A stretch of DNA of 64,000 nucleotides from Thermoanaerobaculia bacterium. Lineage in GTDB: Bacteria > Acidobacteriota > Thermoanaerobaculia > Multivoradales > UBA5704. Below, in pieces: positions 38,694-48,639 of the stretch (position 1 is its first letter; every line of letters begins with the position of its first letter). A model generated the notes under the pieces. That model made no database searches. It saw only the letters and a program-made list of their open reading frames with translations, and had not been told where the DNA came from. The translations under genes were made by a program, and so were the position numbers. The DNA lies in the NCBI GenBank assembly GCA_044226625.1, contig JBGAGQ010000001.1:64001-128000 (forward strand), written 5' to 3'.

Positions 38694-39539
38694 TCAATAG
38701 ATGTAGACCCTCGCCCCCACCGGCGTGGCGCGGAAAACCGCTTCGAGATCGTCGTCGCCAAGCCGGATGCAGCCGTGGGTGACACTGCGGCCGAGCAGCC
38801 GCTGGTAGAGCGTGCCGTGGATCAGGTAGCCGCCGCCGAGATAGAGGGCGTAGTCGCCGAGCGAATAGGGATCGAGCCGCTCCGCCTCGGACTTCGGGAT
38901 CGGCGCTCCCTCCTCGACGAACGCCCAATCGGGCTTGTTCCACACCGGATCCTTCTTCTTGTCGAGCACGCGGTGGACGCCGTGCGGCGTCTCGAACACC
39001 CAGCGCCGTCCGGACCCGGGATCGATCAGCAGGCCGCCGGTTCCGGTCGAGCAGACCGCCTCGCGCAGGGTCTTCGTCCCCAGCTTGAGGAAAAGGCGAT
39101 TCGCGATCGTGTCGACCTCGATGAACACGCCGCGCGGGGCGCTCGCGGCGAGCTTCTTCTCCGCTCGGGCGAGCGCTCGCGGGCTCGCCGCGGCGAGTGT
39201 CGGATTTTCCGGCAGCGGCATTTCGCCGAGCTCGCCGTAGGAGAACCCGAAGCCGAGGCCGAGGGCGACCGCGGCGAGCAGCGCGACGCCGATCCAGGCG
39301 ACGAGCGGGAGGAAGTCGGCGACGTGGAGGCGGCGCCGCGCGACCGCCGCCCAGCCCTGGTCGGGAGAGAGCGCCGCCGCAGGTCCCGCAAAAGTTCCTG
39401 AGGAAGGGCCTGGGCCGGCGCCCGCGGGCTCGGCCGGGCTCGCCACCCCGTCCGGATCGAACACCTCGGCGATCGAGCGGAGGGAGGCGCGATCGCGGTC
39501 CGGCGCGGCGCCGGGGCGGAGGAACCGATCGGCGCTCAT
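38694..39539 (-). CDS. L,D-transpeptidase (YkuD)
   Basis: CSTG, ETPHG, IHGTLYQRLLGRSVTHGCIRL. Confidence 0.9.
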   Translation of the reverse strand: MSADRFLRPGAAPDRDRASLRSIAEVFDPDGVASPAEPAGAGPGPSSGTFAGPAAALSPDQGWAAVARRRLHVADFLPLVAWIGVALLAAVALGLGFGFSYGELGEMPLPENPTLAAASPRALARAEKKLAASAPRGVFIEVDTIANRLFLKLGTKTLREAVCSTGTGGLLIDPGSGRRWVFETPHGVHRVLDKKKDPVWNKPDWAFVEEGAPIPKSEAERLDPYSLGDYALYLGGGYLIHGTLYQRLLGRSVTHGCIRLGDDDLEAVFRATPVGARVYIY

Positions 39540-40690
39540 CGGCTCGTCGCCGCCTCCCGGAGGATCGCGGTCGGGACCAGCGTCACGGGCGTCCCCACCT
39601 CGACCTCCGGGAACAGCCGGTCGATGTCGTCGTCGTCGAGCGCGACGCAGCCGTTCGTCCAGTCGAGGCCCCGCCCGCCCGCGCCGTGGATCTCGATCAA
39701 GCCGCCCGGGCCGCGGCGGGTCGGCACCAGGCCGCGTCGCACCGCCTCGGCGTGGTCGCGCCGATCCTCGGCGTTCGGATAGTCGAGCAACAGCGCGCGG
39801 TGGAACCGGCTCGATCCGAGGTCCTTCTTCGCCGTGACCGAGTACCGCCCTTCCGGCGTGGCGCCGTCCCCTTCCCATAGCTTGCGGAACATGCCCCGGG
39901 TGCCGAGCTCGACCGGAAAGCCGAGGACCACCCGGCCACCGCGGATGAGGAAGCCGCGCCGGCGGGCCTTGTCGACCACCACCGCCGCCCGGTCCGGCAG
40001 CGTGCCGGAGACCGTCTCGTCGACCCAGGTCTGCCAGCGCCGGCGCCAGCCGAGGTCCTCCAGCCGCTCCTCGCGCAGATCGAGCCGCCGGTCGAGCTCC
40101 GCGAGCGCTTCCGAGGCCGAATCGAGGAGGGGGCCGACGGCCCCAAGGTCGCCGCGGCGCGCGGCGTCGGTCGCCGCCTCGATGTCGACTCGCGCGGCCT
40201 GCGCCGAGGCGCGTAGCTCGCGGTCGCCCGCCGCCGCTTCCTCGGCCACGGCGAGGCGCTCCTCCATCTCGCGCAGGCGCGGCGCGATCTGATTCTCCGA
40301 GCGCGCGCGGTCGGCAGCGATGGCCTCGCGCGCGCGCCGCGCGGCCGCCTCGGTCTCGGTCGCGAGCGAGGCGATCTCGTCGTTCCGTTTCGGCCGCCAG
40401 CGGACGGCGGCCTCCTCGGCCCAACGCGATTCGAGCCGGCGCGCCGCGTCTTCCGCCCGCGCGAGCTCGGGCGAACTCTTCCCCTCCGCCGCGACGCGCG
40501 CCGCTTGAAGCGCGGCCCGGGCGCGCTGGACGGCTCCGAGCGGCAGCGGCGAGCGCGGAACGAGCGCGCTGCCGAACAGCACGCCGAGCCCGAGCAGGCC
40601 GAGCGCGAACAGCCGCTCCCCCCAGGACAGGAGCGAGCGCACCCGCGGGGGCGAGGGGGAGGAAGCGCTGGGAGCGGTGGGCTCGGTCAT
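39536..40690 (-). CDS. L,D-transpeptidase with coiled-coil/DUF4398-like stalk
   Basis: EGDGATPEGRY, LDYPN, IEIHG...WTNGCVAL. Confidence 0.9.
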   Translation of the reverse strand: MTEPTAPSASSPSPPRVRSLLSWGERLFALGLLGLGVLFGSALVPRSPLPLGAVQRARAALQAARVAAEGKSSPELARAEDAARRLESRWAEEAAVRWRPKRNDEIASLATETEAAARRAREAIAADRARSENQIAPRLREMEERLAVAEEAAAGDRELRASAQAARVDIEAATDAARRGDLGAVGPLLDSASEALAELDRRLDLREERLEDLGWRRRWQTWVDETVSGTLPDRAAVVVDKARRRGFLIRGGRVVLGFPVELGTRGMFRKLWEGDGATPEGRYSVTAKKDLGSSRFHRALLLDYPNAEDRRDHAEAVRRGLVPTRRGPGGLIEIHGAGGRGLDWTNGCVALDDDDIDRLFPEVEVGTPVTLVPTAILREAATSR

Positions 40691-40802
40691 TCGCGGGAGG
40701 GTTTCGCTCAGGAGGTGACGCCTCGTCGTTGCCGAGGAGTCTCTACCAGGAAGAGCCTGGCCGCCAAGGGGCGGAACACCCAGGCCTGCGGCCCTGCTCC
40801 TG

Positions 40803-40843
40803 AAAAGCAAGAAAGGGCGGCCCGGATGCACGGACCGCCCTTC
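40803..40843 (-). terminator. rho-independent terminator after tonB
   Basis: AAGGGCGGTCCG/CGGGCCGCCCTT stem followed by TCTTGCTTTT on the minus strand. Confidence 0.7.
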
Positions 40844-40866
40844 CTGCTCTGTTGCCTACCGCTCGC

Positions 40867-41625
40867 TCAGCTCAGCGAGAACTGCACCGTCAGGTTGAAG
40901 AACACCTTGACCGGCCGGCCGTTCATCGTCGCGGGCGAGAAGCGCCACTTCGTCACCGCGTCGATCGCCGCCTGCTGCAGGCCGAAACCGAGGCCCTTGA
41001 CGATGGTCACGTCGATCACGCGGCCGCTTTCGTCGATCACGGTCCGGAGGATCACCGTTCCGCCCTGGCGCGCCCGGCGGGCGCTCTCCGGGTAAAGCGG
41101 CTCGACCCGGGTGATGATCACCGGCTTAGCGATCGCGCCGGTCAGCGTGTAGGGCTGATCGCTGACCACTCCCGGGCCGCTCGCCTCGGACCCGTTGCTC
41201 GGACCGTCCCATCCGCTGTCCGGGCCGTTGCCGGAACCGGAAATCCCCATGTTGCTCGTGCCGACGTTCGCGGTCGAGGCGACCTCCTGCTGCGACGCGC
41301 TCGGCGACTCCTGCTCGGCCGCCTTCGGGATCGTGTCGGAGACGTCTTGCGGTTTCGGCTGCACGGACTCATGGTTGGGCGCCGTGGGCTTCGGCGGAGC
41401 CGCCTCAGGCTTCACCCGATTGCCGCTCGCGGGCGGCGGAGGCGGTAGAGCCGCCTGAAGGTAGAAGACCGCGTTCTCGATCGGCTCCTTGACCGGACCG
41501 ATGGTCCAGTAGGTGGCGCTCACGGCCGCGACGGCGATCGCGAGGTGCAAGCCGGCGGAGGTGGCGAGGACGCTCTTCGGGGTGCGGCGGGGTTTCTGGA
41601 TATCGATCAACGAGGTCTCGAACAT
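40867..41625 (-). CDS. tonB: energy transducer TonB (paralogue 2)
   Basis: TM with His, Pro-rich linker, PLYPESARRARQGGTV..KWRFSPA. Confidence 0.88.
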   Translation of the reverse strand: MFETSLIDIQKPRRTPKSVLATSAGLHLAIAVAAVSATYWTIGPVKEPIENAVFYLQAALPPPPPASGNRVKPEAAPPKPTAPNHESVQPKPQDVSDTIPKAAEQESPSASQQEVASTANVGTSNMGISGSGNGPDSGWDGPSNGSEASGPGVVSDQPYTLTGAIAKPVIITRVEPLYPESARRARQGGTVILRTVIDESGRVIDVTIVKGLGFGLQQAAIDAVTKWRFSPATMNGRPVKVFFNLTVQFSLS

Positions 41626-41806
41626 GGGAACCTCCTTCCGAATCGTTGGACACCCACCCCGCTCGAAACGAAACCGGCGCGTGCCGCGCGGGCGTCCCAA
41701 GGTGTCGAGGAGTTTGGACCGGAAAGTGGGTCGATCGGTTCCCGGGAACGAGCTGGCGATCGATCACGCGGCTCGGGACGGGCTCGCCACCCGTCCCGGT
41801 TCGGGT

Positions 41807-42415
41807 CTACTTGCGCGCGAACTTCTCGCGCGCACGGGCGATGTCGGCGTCGATCGCTTTCGCCTGCTCGAGGATCTGGTCGGCCTTCTGCTTCGCCGCC
41901 GCATAGTCGCCGCCAGCAAAGGCGCTCGTGGCGTCGGAGAGGGCGGTGTCCAGCCCGTCGAGATCGCCTTTCATCGCCTCGAGATCGGCCCGGCTGTCCT
42001 TGCCCACCGGCGCGGTCGAGAGGGAGGTGCGGGCGGATTCGATCGCGAGGCGCGCCTGGTCGAGAGCGGTCTGCGCCTGCCCCTTGTACTGCTCCTTGCC
42101 CGAGACGGCCTGCATCTTCGCGTTGTTGGCGTCCGTGCGCGCCTGGGAGATGAGGGCGCGGGCCTTGCCGTAGCTGCGCAGCAGGGCGAACCGGCCGTCC
42201 TGCGCCGCCACCTCGGCTTTTGCCTGATCGAACGTCTGCTGGGCCTTCGTGTACTCCTCGGCCGCATAGGAGTCGGCGCCCGCGCTCTTCGCCTCGCCGA
42301 GGCTGTTCTGGGCCATCTGGAGGTCGGCCGTCGGCGGCTTCGCGCAGCCCGCGGCCAGGAGGAGCGGAAAGGCGACGAGGTACGAGAGACGGAACGCGGA
42401 ACGGAAACGGTTCAT
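41807..42415 (-). CDS. DUF4398-like helical lipoprotein
   Basis: Lipobox LAAGC, AKPP, GADSYAAEEY. Confidence 0.8.
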   Translation of the reverse strand: MNRFRSAFRLSYLVAFPLLLAAGCAKPPTADLQMAQNSLGEAKSAGADSYAAEEYTKAQQTFDQAKAEVAAQDGRFALLRSYGKARALISQARTDANNAKMQAVSGKEQYKGQAQTALDQARLAIESARTSLSTAPVGKDSRADLEAMKGDLDGLDTALSDATSAFAGGDYAAAKQKADQILEQAKAIDADIARAREKFARK

Positions 42416-42717
42416 CGGCAGGGCCTCCGGAACGGAACGCAGGGTTGAACTTGGGCGAGAGCTTATCAGGAAGGATCTATACGATGAGGCGGGCCGACGG
42501 AACGGGCTTCGCTTCGCCCGCGGAGCGACGGGGAGCGCTGCAGGCGCGCACACGAAGGAGCCGACGTTCCCGGAAAAGCGAACGGCCCGGCGGGGTGGCC
42601 GGGCCGAACGTTGGACTGCTTTAACTTCCGCCTGCTGGTGATTCCGCCGGACGACCCTCCAGGTCCAGGAGGCCGTCCGGAGTCGAAACCCAAGAAAAGT
42701 AGCGGTGGACGCTTTCT

Positions 42718-43164
42718 CTAGGTCGCGCCGACCGCGGTCGCCGCGGCGCTCGGACCGTCGAGGTCGTCGAAGACGATCCCGAGGTTCTCCGCGCCGCTGT
42801 CCCGGCACATGTCCATGAAGTCCGCGACCCGGCCGTACTCGAGATCGCCGTCGGCCGCGAAGAAGATCACCTTCGACGATCGGCCGGTAAGCGCTTCCTT
42901 GAGCTTGCCCGGGAACTCGGGGAGCGACACCGCCACCTTGTTGATGTAGGTGACGCCCTTATCGTCCATGCGGACGATCAGCTGGTCGCTCGACGGCGGC
43001 GGCTGCGCCGACTCGACCTTCGGCGGCACCTGCACCGGATAGCCCATCTGGATCAACGGCGTGATCACCATGAAGATGATCAGCAGCACCAAGACCACGT
43101 CGACGAGCGGCGTGATGTTGATGTCGCTTCGAGGCCCCCCGGAGGGGCCGACGCTCATAGCCAT
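42718..43164 (-). CDS. exbD: ExbD/TolR
   Basis: INITPLVDVVLVLLIIFMV. Confidence 0.92.
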   Translation of the reverse strand: MAMSVGPSGGPRSDINITPLVDVVLVLLIIFMVITPLIQMGYPVQVPPKVESAQPPPSSDQLIVRMDDKGVTYINKVAVSLPEFPGKLKEALTGRSSKVIFFAADGDLEYGRVADFMDMCRDSGAENLGIVFDDLDGPSAAATAVGAT

Positions 43165-43215
43165 CGCAAGTACCTCGTCTCTTCGGCCCCCAGTCGGGAA
43201 CCGGTCAAACCCGCC

Positions 43216-43653
43216 TTAGGCCCCGGCCGCCTGCTTGCGCTCGGTGATCAAGCCCACGCGCGTGAACCCGGCCTCGTTGATCGTCTGCATCAGCTTGCGC
43301 ACGTCCTTGTACTTCAAACGCCGGTCCGCCTTGACCACGACCTCGCGGTCGTTGTTGCGGCTGTAGATGTCCGCCAGCATGTTCGGCAGCTGGTTGTCCG
43401 GAATCCACTTCTCCTGGACGAAGACCGTACCGTCGAGCTTCAAAGCGACGTTCAGCTGCTTCTCGTTCTCCGGCATCTTGGTCGGCGAAGCGGTCTCCGG
43501 CAACTGAACGTCGACACCTTTCTGGAGCAGCGGGGTGACCACCATGAAGATGATCAGCAGCACCAGGCAGACGTCTACCAACGGGGTGACGTTGATGTCA
43601 CCCCGGACGTTCGAGTCGTTGATCGGATGCCACTTAGCGCGTTTGTGCAGCAT
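43216..43653 (-). CDS. exbD: ExbD/TolR
   Basis: INVTPLVDVCLVLLIIFMV. Confidence 0.92.
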   Translation of the reverse strand: MLHKRAKWHPINDSNVRGDINVTPLVDVCLVLLIIFMVVTPLLQKGVDVQLPETASPTKMPENEKQLNVALKLDGTVFVQEKWIPDNQLPNMLADIYSRNNDREVVVKADRRLKYKDVRKLMQTINEAGFTRVGLITERKQAAGA

Positions 43654-44326
43654 GCCGAGACCTCTGCCGCTTCATGAAGAAGTCGACCAGCTCCGACGAG
43701 GAGTTCGACATCTCCACCTGCAGGCGCTCGATGCGACCGGTGAAGTAGTTGAACATCCAGGCGGCGGGAATGGCCACGAACAGGCCGAACGCCGTGGTGA
43801 CGAGCGCCTCGGCGATACCGGCCGAGACCGCGCCGATGCCGCCCGAGCCGGTGGCCGCCATGCCCTGGAACGCGTTGATGATGCCGATGACGGTGCCGAA
43901 CAGGCCGATGAACGGAGCCGTCGTGGCGATCGTCGCGAGGCTGCCGATGCCGCGCTTGAAATCCGCGGTGGTAAGCAGCGCCGAGCGGTCGACGGCGCGG
44001 GTGGCGGCTTCGACGACCTCCGGATCGGAGAGCGGGCTCGTTTCGCTTTCGAATTGATAGGACTGTAGACCGGCTGAGACGACGCGGGCGAGGTGGCTCT
44101 GCGGGAACTTCGCCGCCGCGTCGATCGCGGCCTGCGCGCGATCATGCTTCATGTGATCGGTCGCGAGCCGGGCGAACGCAAGCGACTGCTTGCGCGCCTT
44201 GTTGAACAGCAGCAGGCGGTCGAACGCGATGTACAGCGACCAGATCGACATGATCAGCAGGATGATCGCGACGCCCTTCGCGATGACGCCCATCGATTCC
44301 CAAAGTGCACCGGGGGAGAGATCCAT
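43634..44326 (-). CDS. exbB: ExbB/TolQ/MotA proton channel
   Basis: APFIGLFGTVIGII, GIAEALVTTAFGL. Confidence 0.93.
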   Translation of the reverse strand: MDLSPGALWESMGVIAKGVAIILLIMSIWSLYIAFDRLLLFNKARKQSLAFARLATDHMKHDRAQAAIDAAAKFPQSHLARVVSAGLQSYQFESETSPLSDPEVVEAATRAVDRSALLTTADFKRGIGSLATIATTAPFIGLFGTVIGIINAFQGMAATGSGGIGAVSAGIAEALVTTAFGLFVAIPAAWMFNYFTGRIERLQVEMSNSSSELVDFFMKRQRSRHAAQTR

Positions 44327-44382
44327 TCTTTGTTCTCCTTTTCTCTTCTCGGATTCGACTTAAGCCTTGGCGAAAGCCTCGA

Positions 44383-45135
44383 TTACTGGACCTGGAAGTT
44401 GACCGTTAGAACGTAGTAGACCTTGACCGGCCGCCCCTGGAACATGGCCGGCTTGAATTTCCACTTCTGGACCGCGTCGACGGCCGCCTTGTCGAGCCCC
44501 ATCGGCAGCCCCTTGAGCACGCGCACGTTGGTGACGTTGCCGCGCTCGTCGATGATCGCTTCGACGATGACGGTGCCCTGGAGCCGAGCGCGACGCGCGA
44601 TCTCGGTGTAGACCGGGTTCACGCGGGTGATGAACTCGGGGCGGGAGACGCCACCGCCGACCCGCAGCGGTGCGTCGTCGACCACCGGAGCGACCCCCGT
44701 GCTGCCGAGCACGCCTCCGGGGACTCCCCCTTCGACGCCGCCCGCCACGCCACCCGGGATGCCGCCTTCAACGCCCCCTTCGACGCCGACCGAGGCCGAG
44801 GGCTCTTCGGTCGGTTTCGGGATCTCTTCCGGAACCTCGACCGGCTGGACCGGCTCCGTCGGCGTGACCACGGGGGCCGTCTTCTGGACCACCGGCTTGG
44901 GAGCGGCCGGAGGTGGCGGAGGCGGCGGAGGCGGCGGAGGCGGCGGAGGGGCCGCGGCCGACATGAACACGACGTTGATCGGCGGTTCGGGAACCGGCTC
45001 GATCTGCCAGTAGTGCATCACCAGATAGACGGCCCCCAGGACGAGATGGAGACCGACCGCTATCGGCACGAACAGATAGCGGTACTTACTGAAGATTCGC
45101 GTCTTGTCCAGGTCGATCAGCGAGTTCTCAAACAT
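44383..45135 (-). CDS. tonB: energy transducer TonB
   Basis: Poly-Pro, GGV repeats, PVYTEIARRARLQGTV..KWKFKPA. Confidence 0.92.
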   Translation of the reverse strand: MFENSLIDLDKTRIFSKYRYLFVPIAVGLHLVLGAVYLVMHYWQIEPVPEPPINVVFMSAAAPPPPPPPPPPPPPPAAPKPVVQKTAPVVTPTEPVQPVEVPEEIPKPTEEPSASVGVEGGVEGGIPGGVAGGVEGGVPGGVLGSTGVAPVVDDAPLRVGGGVSRPEFITRVNPVYTEIARRARLQGTVIVEAIIDERGNVTNVRVLKGLPMGLDKAAVDAVQKWKFKPAMFQGRPVKVYYVLTVNFQVQ

Positions 45136-45138
45136 CGC

Positions 45139-45972
45139 TTACCCTTCTGCCGGAGGCTTCGGCTTCTGCTCGTTGGCCGCTGCTTTCTTACGCAGCTCGA
45201 TCGCTTTCTGCATCCACTCGGTCGCCTTGTCGAGGAATTCCTGACGCTTGGCGGGGTCGGTGGTCATCTTCGCCTTCTCGCGGTAGAGAAGGTTGTAGTA
45301 CGCCATGGCTTCAAAATAATCGGGCTTGATCTGGAGCGCCTTGTCGGTCGCGGCGAGACCGAGGTCGACGATGTGCTCGCGATCCGCCAGGCTGTATTTC
45401 GGATCGTTGTACGACTTGTCCCAAGCGGAGACGCCCAACGTATAGAGGATCTCCGGCGCCTCGGGCCCTTCGAACTTCATCCCCAGCTGGGTCGCCTCTT
45501 CGAAGCGATCGGCCTGGTTCAGGATGTTGATGCGGGTGCGCATGAAGTCGCCGGCCTTCGTCGGATCCTTCTGCGCCTCCTGGTCGATGAAGGCGAGCGC
45601 CTTGTCGTAGGACTTCGAGTTCAGGTACATCGACAGCAGGTAGTCCTTGACCTTCTGATCGTCGGCGTACTCCGGATCGGCCAAGTACTTTTCGAACGCG
45701 TCGGTCGCGATCTTGCCGAGCTCGACGTTGCCCGGGCTCTCATCCCCTGGCTTGAACAGCGCCAGCGCGGAGAGACCGACCGAGCGCCACGCGAACGTCG
45801 CCTCCGGATCGTTGTTCAGTCCGTCCTGGAAGGAGCTCAGAGCCTCGCGATACTCCTCGTTCGCGTAATACTCATTGGCCTTCTTCATTTCCATCCGGGC
45901 CTTGACCTTGTGGCAGCCGGCCGCCGGAAGCATCAAGAGGGTTGCTGCGATGGCGATCGAACACTTGTGCAT
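45139..45972 (-). CDS. TPR lipoprotein
   Basis: Lipobox AAGC; TPR helices; YYNLLYREKA. Confidence 0.85.
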   Translation of the reverse strand: MHKCSIAIAATLLMLPAAGCHKVKARMEMKKANEYYANEEYREALSSFQDGLNNDPEATFAWRSVGLSALALFKPGDESPGNVELGKIATDAFEKYLADPEYADDQKVKDYLLSMYLNSKSYDKALAFIDQEAQKDPTKAGDFMRTRINILNQADRFEEATQLGMKFEGPEAPEILYTLGVSAWDKSYNDPKYSLADREHIVDLGLAATDKALQIKPDYFEAMAYYNLLYREKAKMTTDPAKRQEFLDKATEWMQKAIELRKKAAANEQKPKPPAEG

Positions 45973-46134
45973 GAGAGCCGCTTCCCCGACGTGTTAGAAG
46001 GGTGAGACTGCCGTTTGGTTCCCGGGTTTGAGGACAGGAGGGAAATACAAACATTCCGGCGAACGCTCCATGAGCCTGCCTTTCGATCGTCGCGCGGCCT
46101 GCGAGCGCATTTTCCCCCCGAGCTCAGGGCGGGA

Positions 46135-46162
46135 AGTCTACTCGGCCCCCCGCTCCTGTCAA
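46135..46162 (-). promoter_or_regulatory. sigma70 promoter for the TPR-tonB-exbBD operon
   Basis: TTGACA-N16-TAGACT on the minus strand. Confidence 0.6.
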
Positions 46163-46627
46163 GCCCGAAAGGGCTCGCCGAAAGCCGGCCTATGAGCCAT
46201 AGATTCCAATGCTTTATCCGCGCGTGAACGGTCTCGTGGGACGGCCTTCCGAGGCCCGGGACGAACGGTCCATGCGCCGGGTTGGGGATCTGAAATCGCG
46301 AGGGGCCGCCCGTGCGAGGCGCCCAGCAACGACCGCTGCTGCGAGTTTCGAGATCGTTTCGCTTCAAGTTGGCTCCGAGTCCGCGGATGGTATGCGAAAG
46401 CCGCCGACGAGGCCAAGCGAGAGGTCAACCCGATGCTGGGTCATCTCGGTTCGGCCCGCCTCCTTCCAGGGCGCCCCTGGGCGCCGCCCCTCGCCTCCAC
46501 GGTTCGCACCGAGCCGGTTGCAAACCGGAAGCCAGCCTGGGCGCGCCGGCGGGCGAACGGGTCCCTTGCGATTGTCTCGGCCTCCGGACGCGCGCGCCGG
46601 ACGGCGCGCGCGCAAAATCTGCCGGAT

Positions 46628-48352
46628 TCAGCGGACGGCGAACACGTCGTCCGGGATCTCGCGGCGAATCGAGGTGTCGCGCCGGATCACGTCGGCGAGC
46701 CGCGTGTGCGAGATCTGGTTCGCCCAAGCGGGCGGAAAGTAGTTGAGGTAGAAGAAGCGGTCGCCGTCCCGCAGGCGCGTGAACTGGTCGGTCAACACGC
46801 GGCGCAGCAGCTCCCCCACGAGCCCGGGGGCGACCGGCCGCTCGGCGAGCCCACCCACCCACGGATCGATTCGGTCGACCGAGCCGTACGCCTCGGCGAG
46901 GCGGGCGGTGATCGTCGGATTCCCCGGGTTGACCGAGGCGATGTCGGGCTTCGGCGCGAGGCCGAACGCCTGGCGCACCTCGTTGTAGCTCGGCAGGCCG
47001 TGGTCGCGCCCGCGCTGGATGTTGAGCGAGGCGAGGTCGAACCCGCCTTGGCCCGGCTGGCCGAACAGGAAGTTGCGGACGTCGTCGACGATGAACGGAT
47101 CGACGTCGTTGGCGCGCTGCCGCGCGGCACCGCGCAGGAACGGCTCGATGCCGCCGCCGGCCACGAGCTCGGCCGGGTTGAAGAAGGCGTCCCGCAACGG
47201 CACGCCGCCGCCCGCGAGCGGACGGAGGTGGGCATCGAGCCGCGACAGCTCCGACGTGAGCATGCTGTGGCCGAAGCGATAGGCCGCGGTCGAGAAGGTG
47301 GCCGAGATCGTCGGATCGAGGTTCGGGTGGTAGCCGGTATAGCGGCGGAGCGCGTGCTTGCCCAGCAGGGCGGGAAGGAACTCGTTGAACGTGATCGCCT
47401 GGATCTCGCCGGTCACGAGCGCTCGGGCTCGGAGGTAGATCTCGTCGCCGGACAGCGCGGCACCCGCGCGGGTGTGGCGGATCTGGTTCGCCCAGTAGTT
47501 GTGCTCGCGCACCCAGAGCGTGTGCAGCGAGGTGAGGGCCAGGTTCTCGTTCGCGCGCACGTCGCCCGCGAGGTACATCGAGGTCGGATCTTGGCCGGGG
47601 TTGCTCGCGTTCGGCATGCCGAACGTGTTGTACGGCATCATGACGCGGCCGCCCGGACCGGCCTGCATTTTGAGCCGGCCGCTGCCGTCCGTCATGCGCA
47701 GTGCCGCGGAGCGCGCCGAGTCGGAGCCGTAGACGTTCGAGGCGTCGATCCACGCGGTGATCACGTTGTCCTGCCCGCGCGGATTGCCGGCGGCGGTGCC
47801 GGTGCCGGCGGTCGCGAGCGAGCGGCAGAGCGCGATGGTCTGGGTGCCGGTCGAGTCGGGATCGAAATACGGATCGCCCGCGGGCACTTCGACGTCGAAC
47901 GGCTGGTCGCAGCCGGTGTTCGTGAGATCGAGGTCGTGGTCGACGAATTGGCCCCAGAGCCAGACGAAGTTCGACGGACCCGTAGGCGAAAGCGTCGTCG
48001 CGGGCTGGGCGACGACCAGATTGCTGATCCGGCGCGCGCTCGGCCGGTCGGCTCCCGAGGGGGCGTCGAAGCCGTCGTCGTAAGCCGGCTCCGCCACCCG
48101 GCGCAGCTCGGCGCCCGCCGCGCCCCAGCTCGGATGCGCGAGGTTGTGACCCGTGCCGTCGATCGACGAAAACTCGTGCAGAACCAGGGTGTCGAGCGGC
48201 GGGCGGGCGAGCGCCGGGGCCGCGAACGTACCGAGCAAGACGACCCAGCCGAGCAGGACCGAGCCGAGCGGCGAGAGGCTCGACCCTGCGAAGGTGGGAG
48301 TACGGAGCCGAATCCGGAGGGCGAGACCGGGAAGGTTCCGGGTCGTGGGCAT
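46628..48352 (-). CDS. exported heme peroxidase, peroxidase-cyclooxygenase (animal-type) family
   Basis: DGTGHN, WGQFVDHD, GDVRANEN, AYRFGHS, NIQRGRDHG, LRDGDRFF. Confidence 0.92.
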   Translation of the reverse strand: MPTTRNLPGLALRIRLRTPTFAGSSLSPLGSVLLGWVVLLGTFAAPALARPPLDTLVLHEFSSIDGTGHNLAHPSWGAAGAELRRVAEPAYDDGFDAPSGADRPSARRISNLVVAQPATTLSPTGPSNFVWLWGQFVDHDLDLTNTGCDQPFDVEVPAGDPYFDPDSTGTQTIALCRSLATAGTGTAAGNPRGQDNVITAWIDASNVYGSDSARSAALRMTDGSGRLKMQAGPGGRVMMPYNTFGMPNASNPGQDPTSMYLAGDVRANENLALTSLHTLWVREHNYWANQIRHTRAGAALSGDEIYLRARALVTGEIQAITFNEFLPALLGKHALRRYTGYHPNLDPTISATFSTAAYRFGHSMLTSELSRLDAHLRPLAGGGVPLRDAFFNPAELVAGGGIEPFLRGAARQRANDVDPFIVDDVRNFLFGQPGQGGFDLASLNIQRGRDHGLPSYNEVRQAFGLAPKPDIASVNPGNPTITARLAEAYGSVDRIDPWVGGLAERPVAPGLVGELLRRVLTDQFTRLRDGDRFFYLNYFPPAWANQISHTRLADVIRRDTSIRREIPDDVFAVR

Positions 48353-48639
48353 GGGTGTTCCTCCATGAATCCTTCGTTCGCCGGGTGCCGTACCGTAAGA
48401 GGACAGGTGAACCCGGGTGGTTCAGTGCAAAGGCGGTCGGATGCGGGAAGGGGCGGGAGAGTGAGTCCTCCAAAGTCTAAAGATGCGGCCGAACGCAAGC
48501 CATCGGCGCACTGATCGATTTCTCCTACATCGAGGGATCTAGTGCCTCGAGGCGCGCGGAGACGTATCATCGATCGCGCCGAGGCCCTCTCGATTCATCG
48601 ATCCTCCGATCCGGACGACGGCGCTCTCGGCGGGCCGCC

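Noticed and set aside
44700-44955. GGC/GGA-rich and 12-bp periodic repeats
   Set aside because: Explained by the TonB poly-Pro and GGV linker coding sequence
45973-46627. Possible ncRNA or riboswitch in a 650-bp intergenic region (AGCCC-GAAA-GGGCT hairpin)
   Set aside because: No recognisable RNA family; only a promoter is supported. An Rfam/Infernal scan would be needed.
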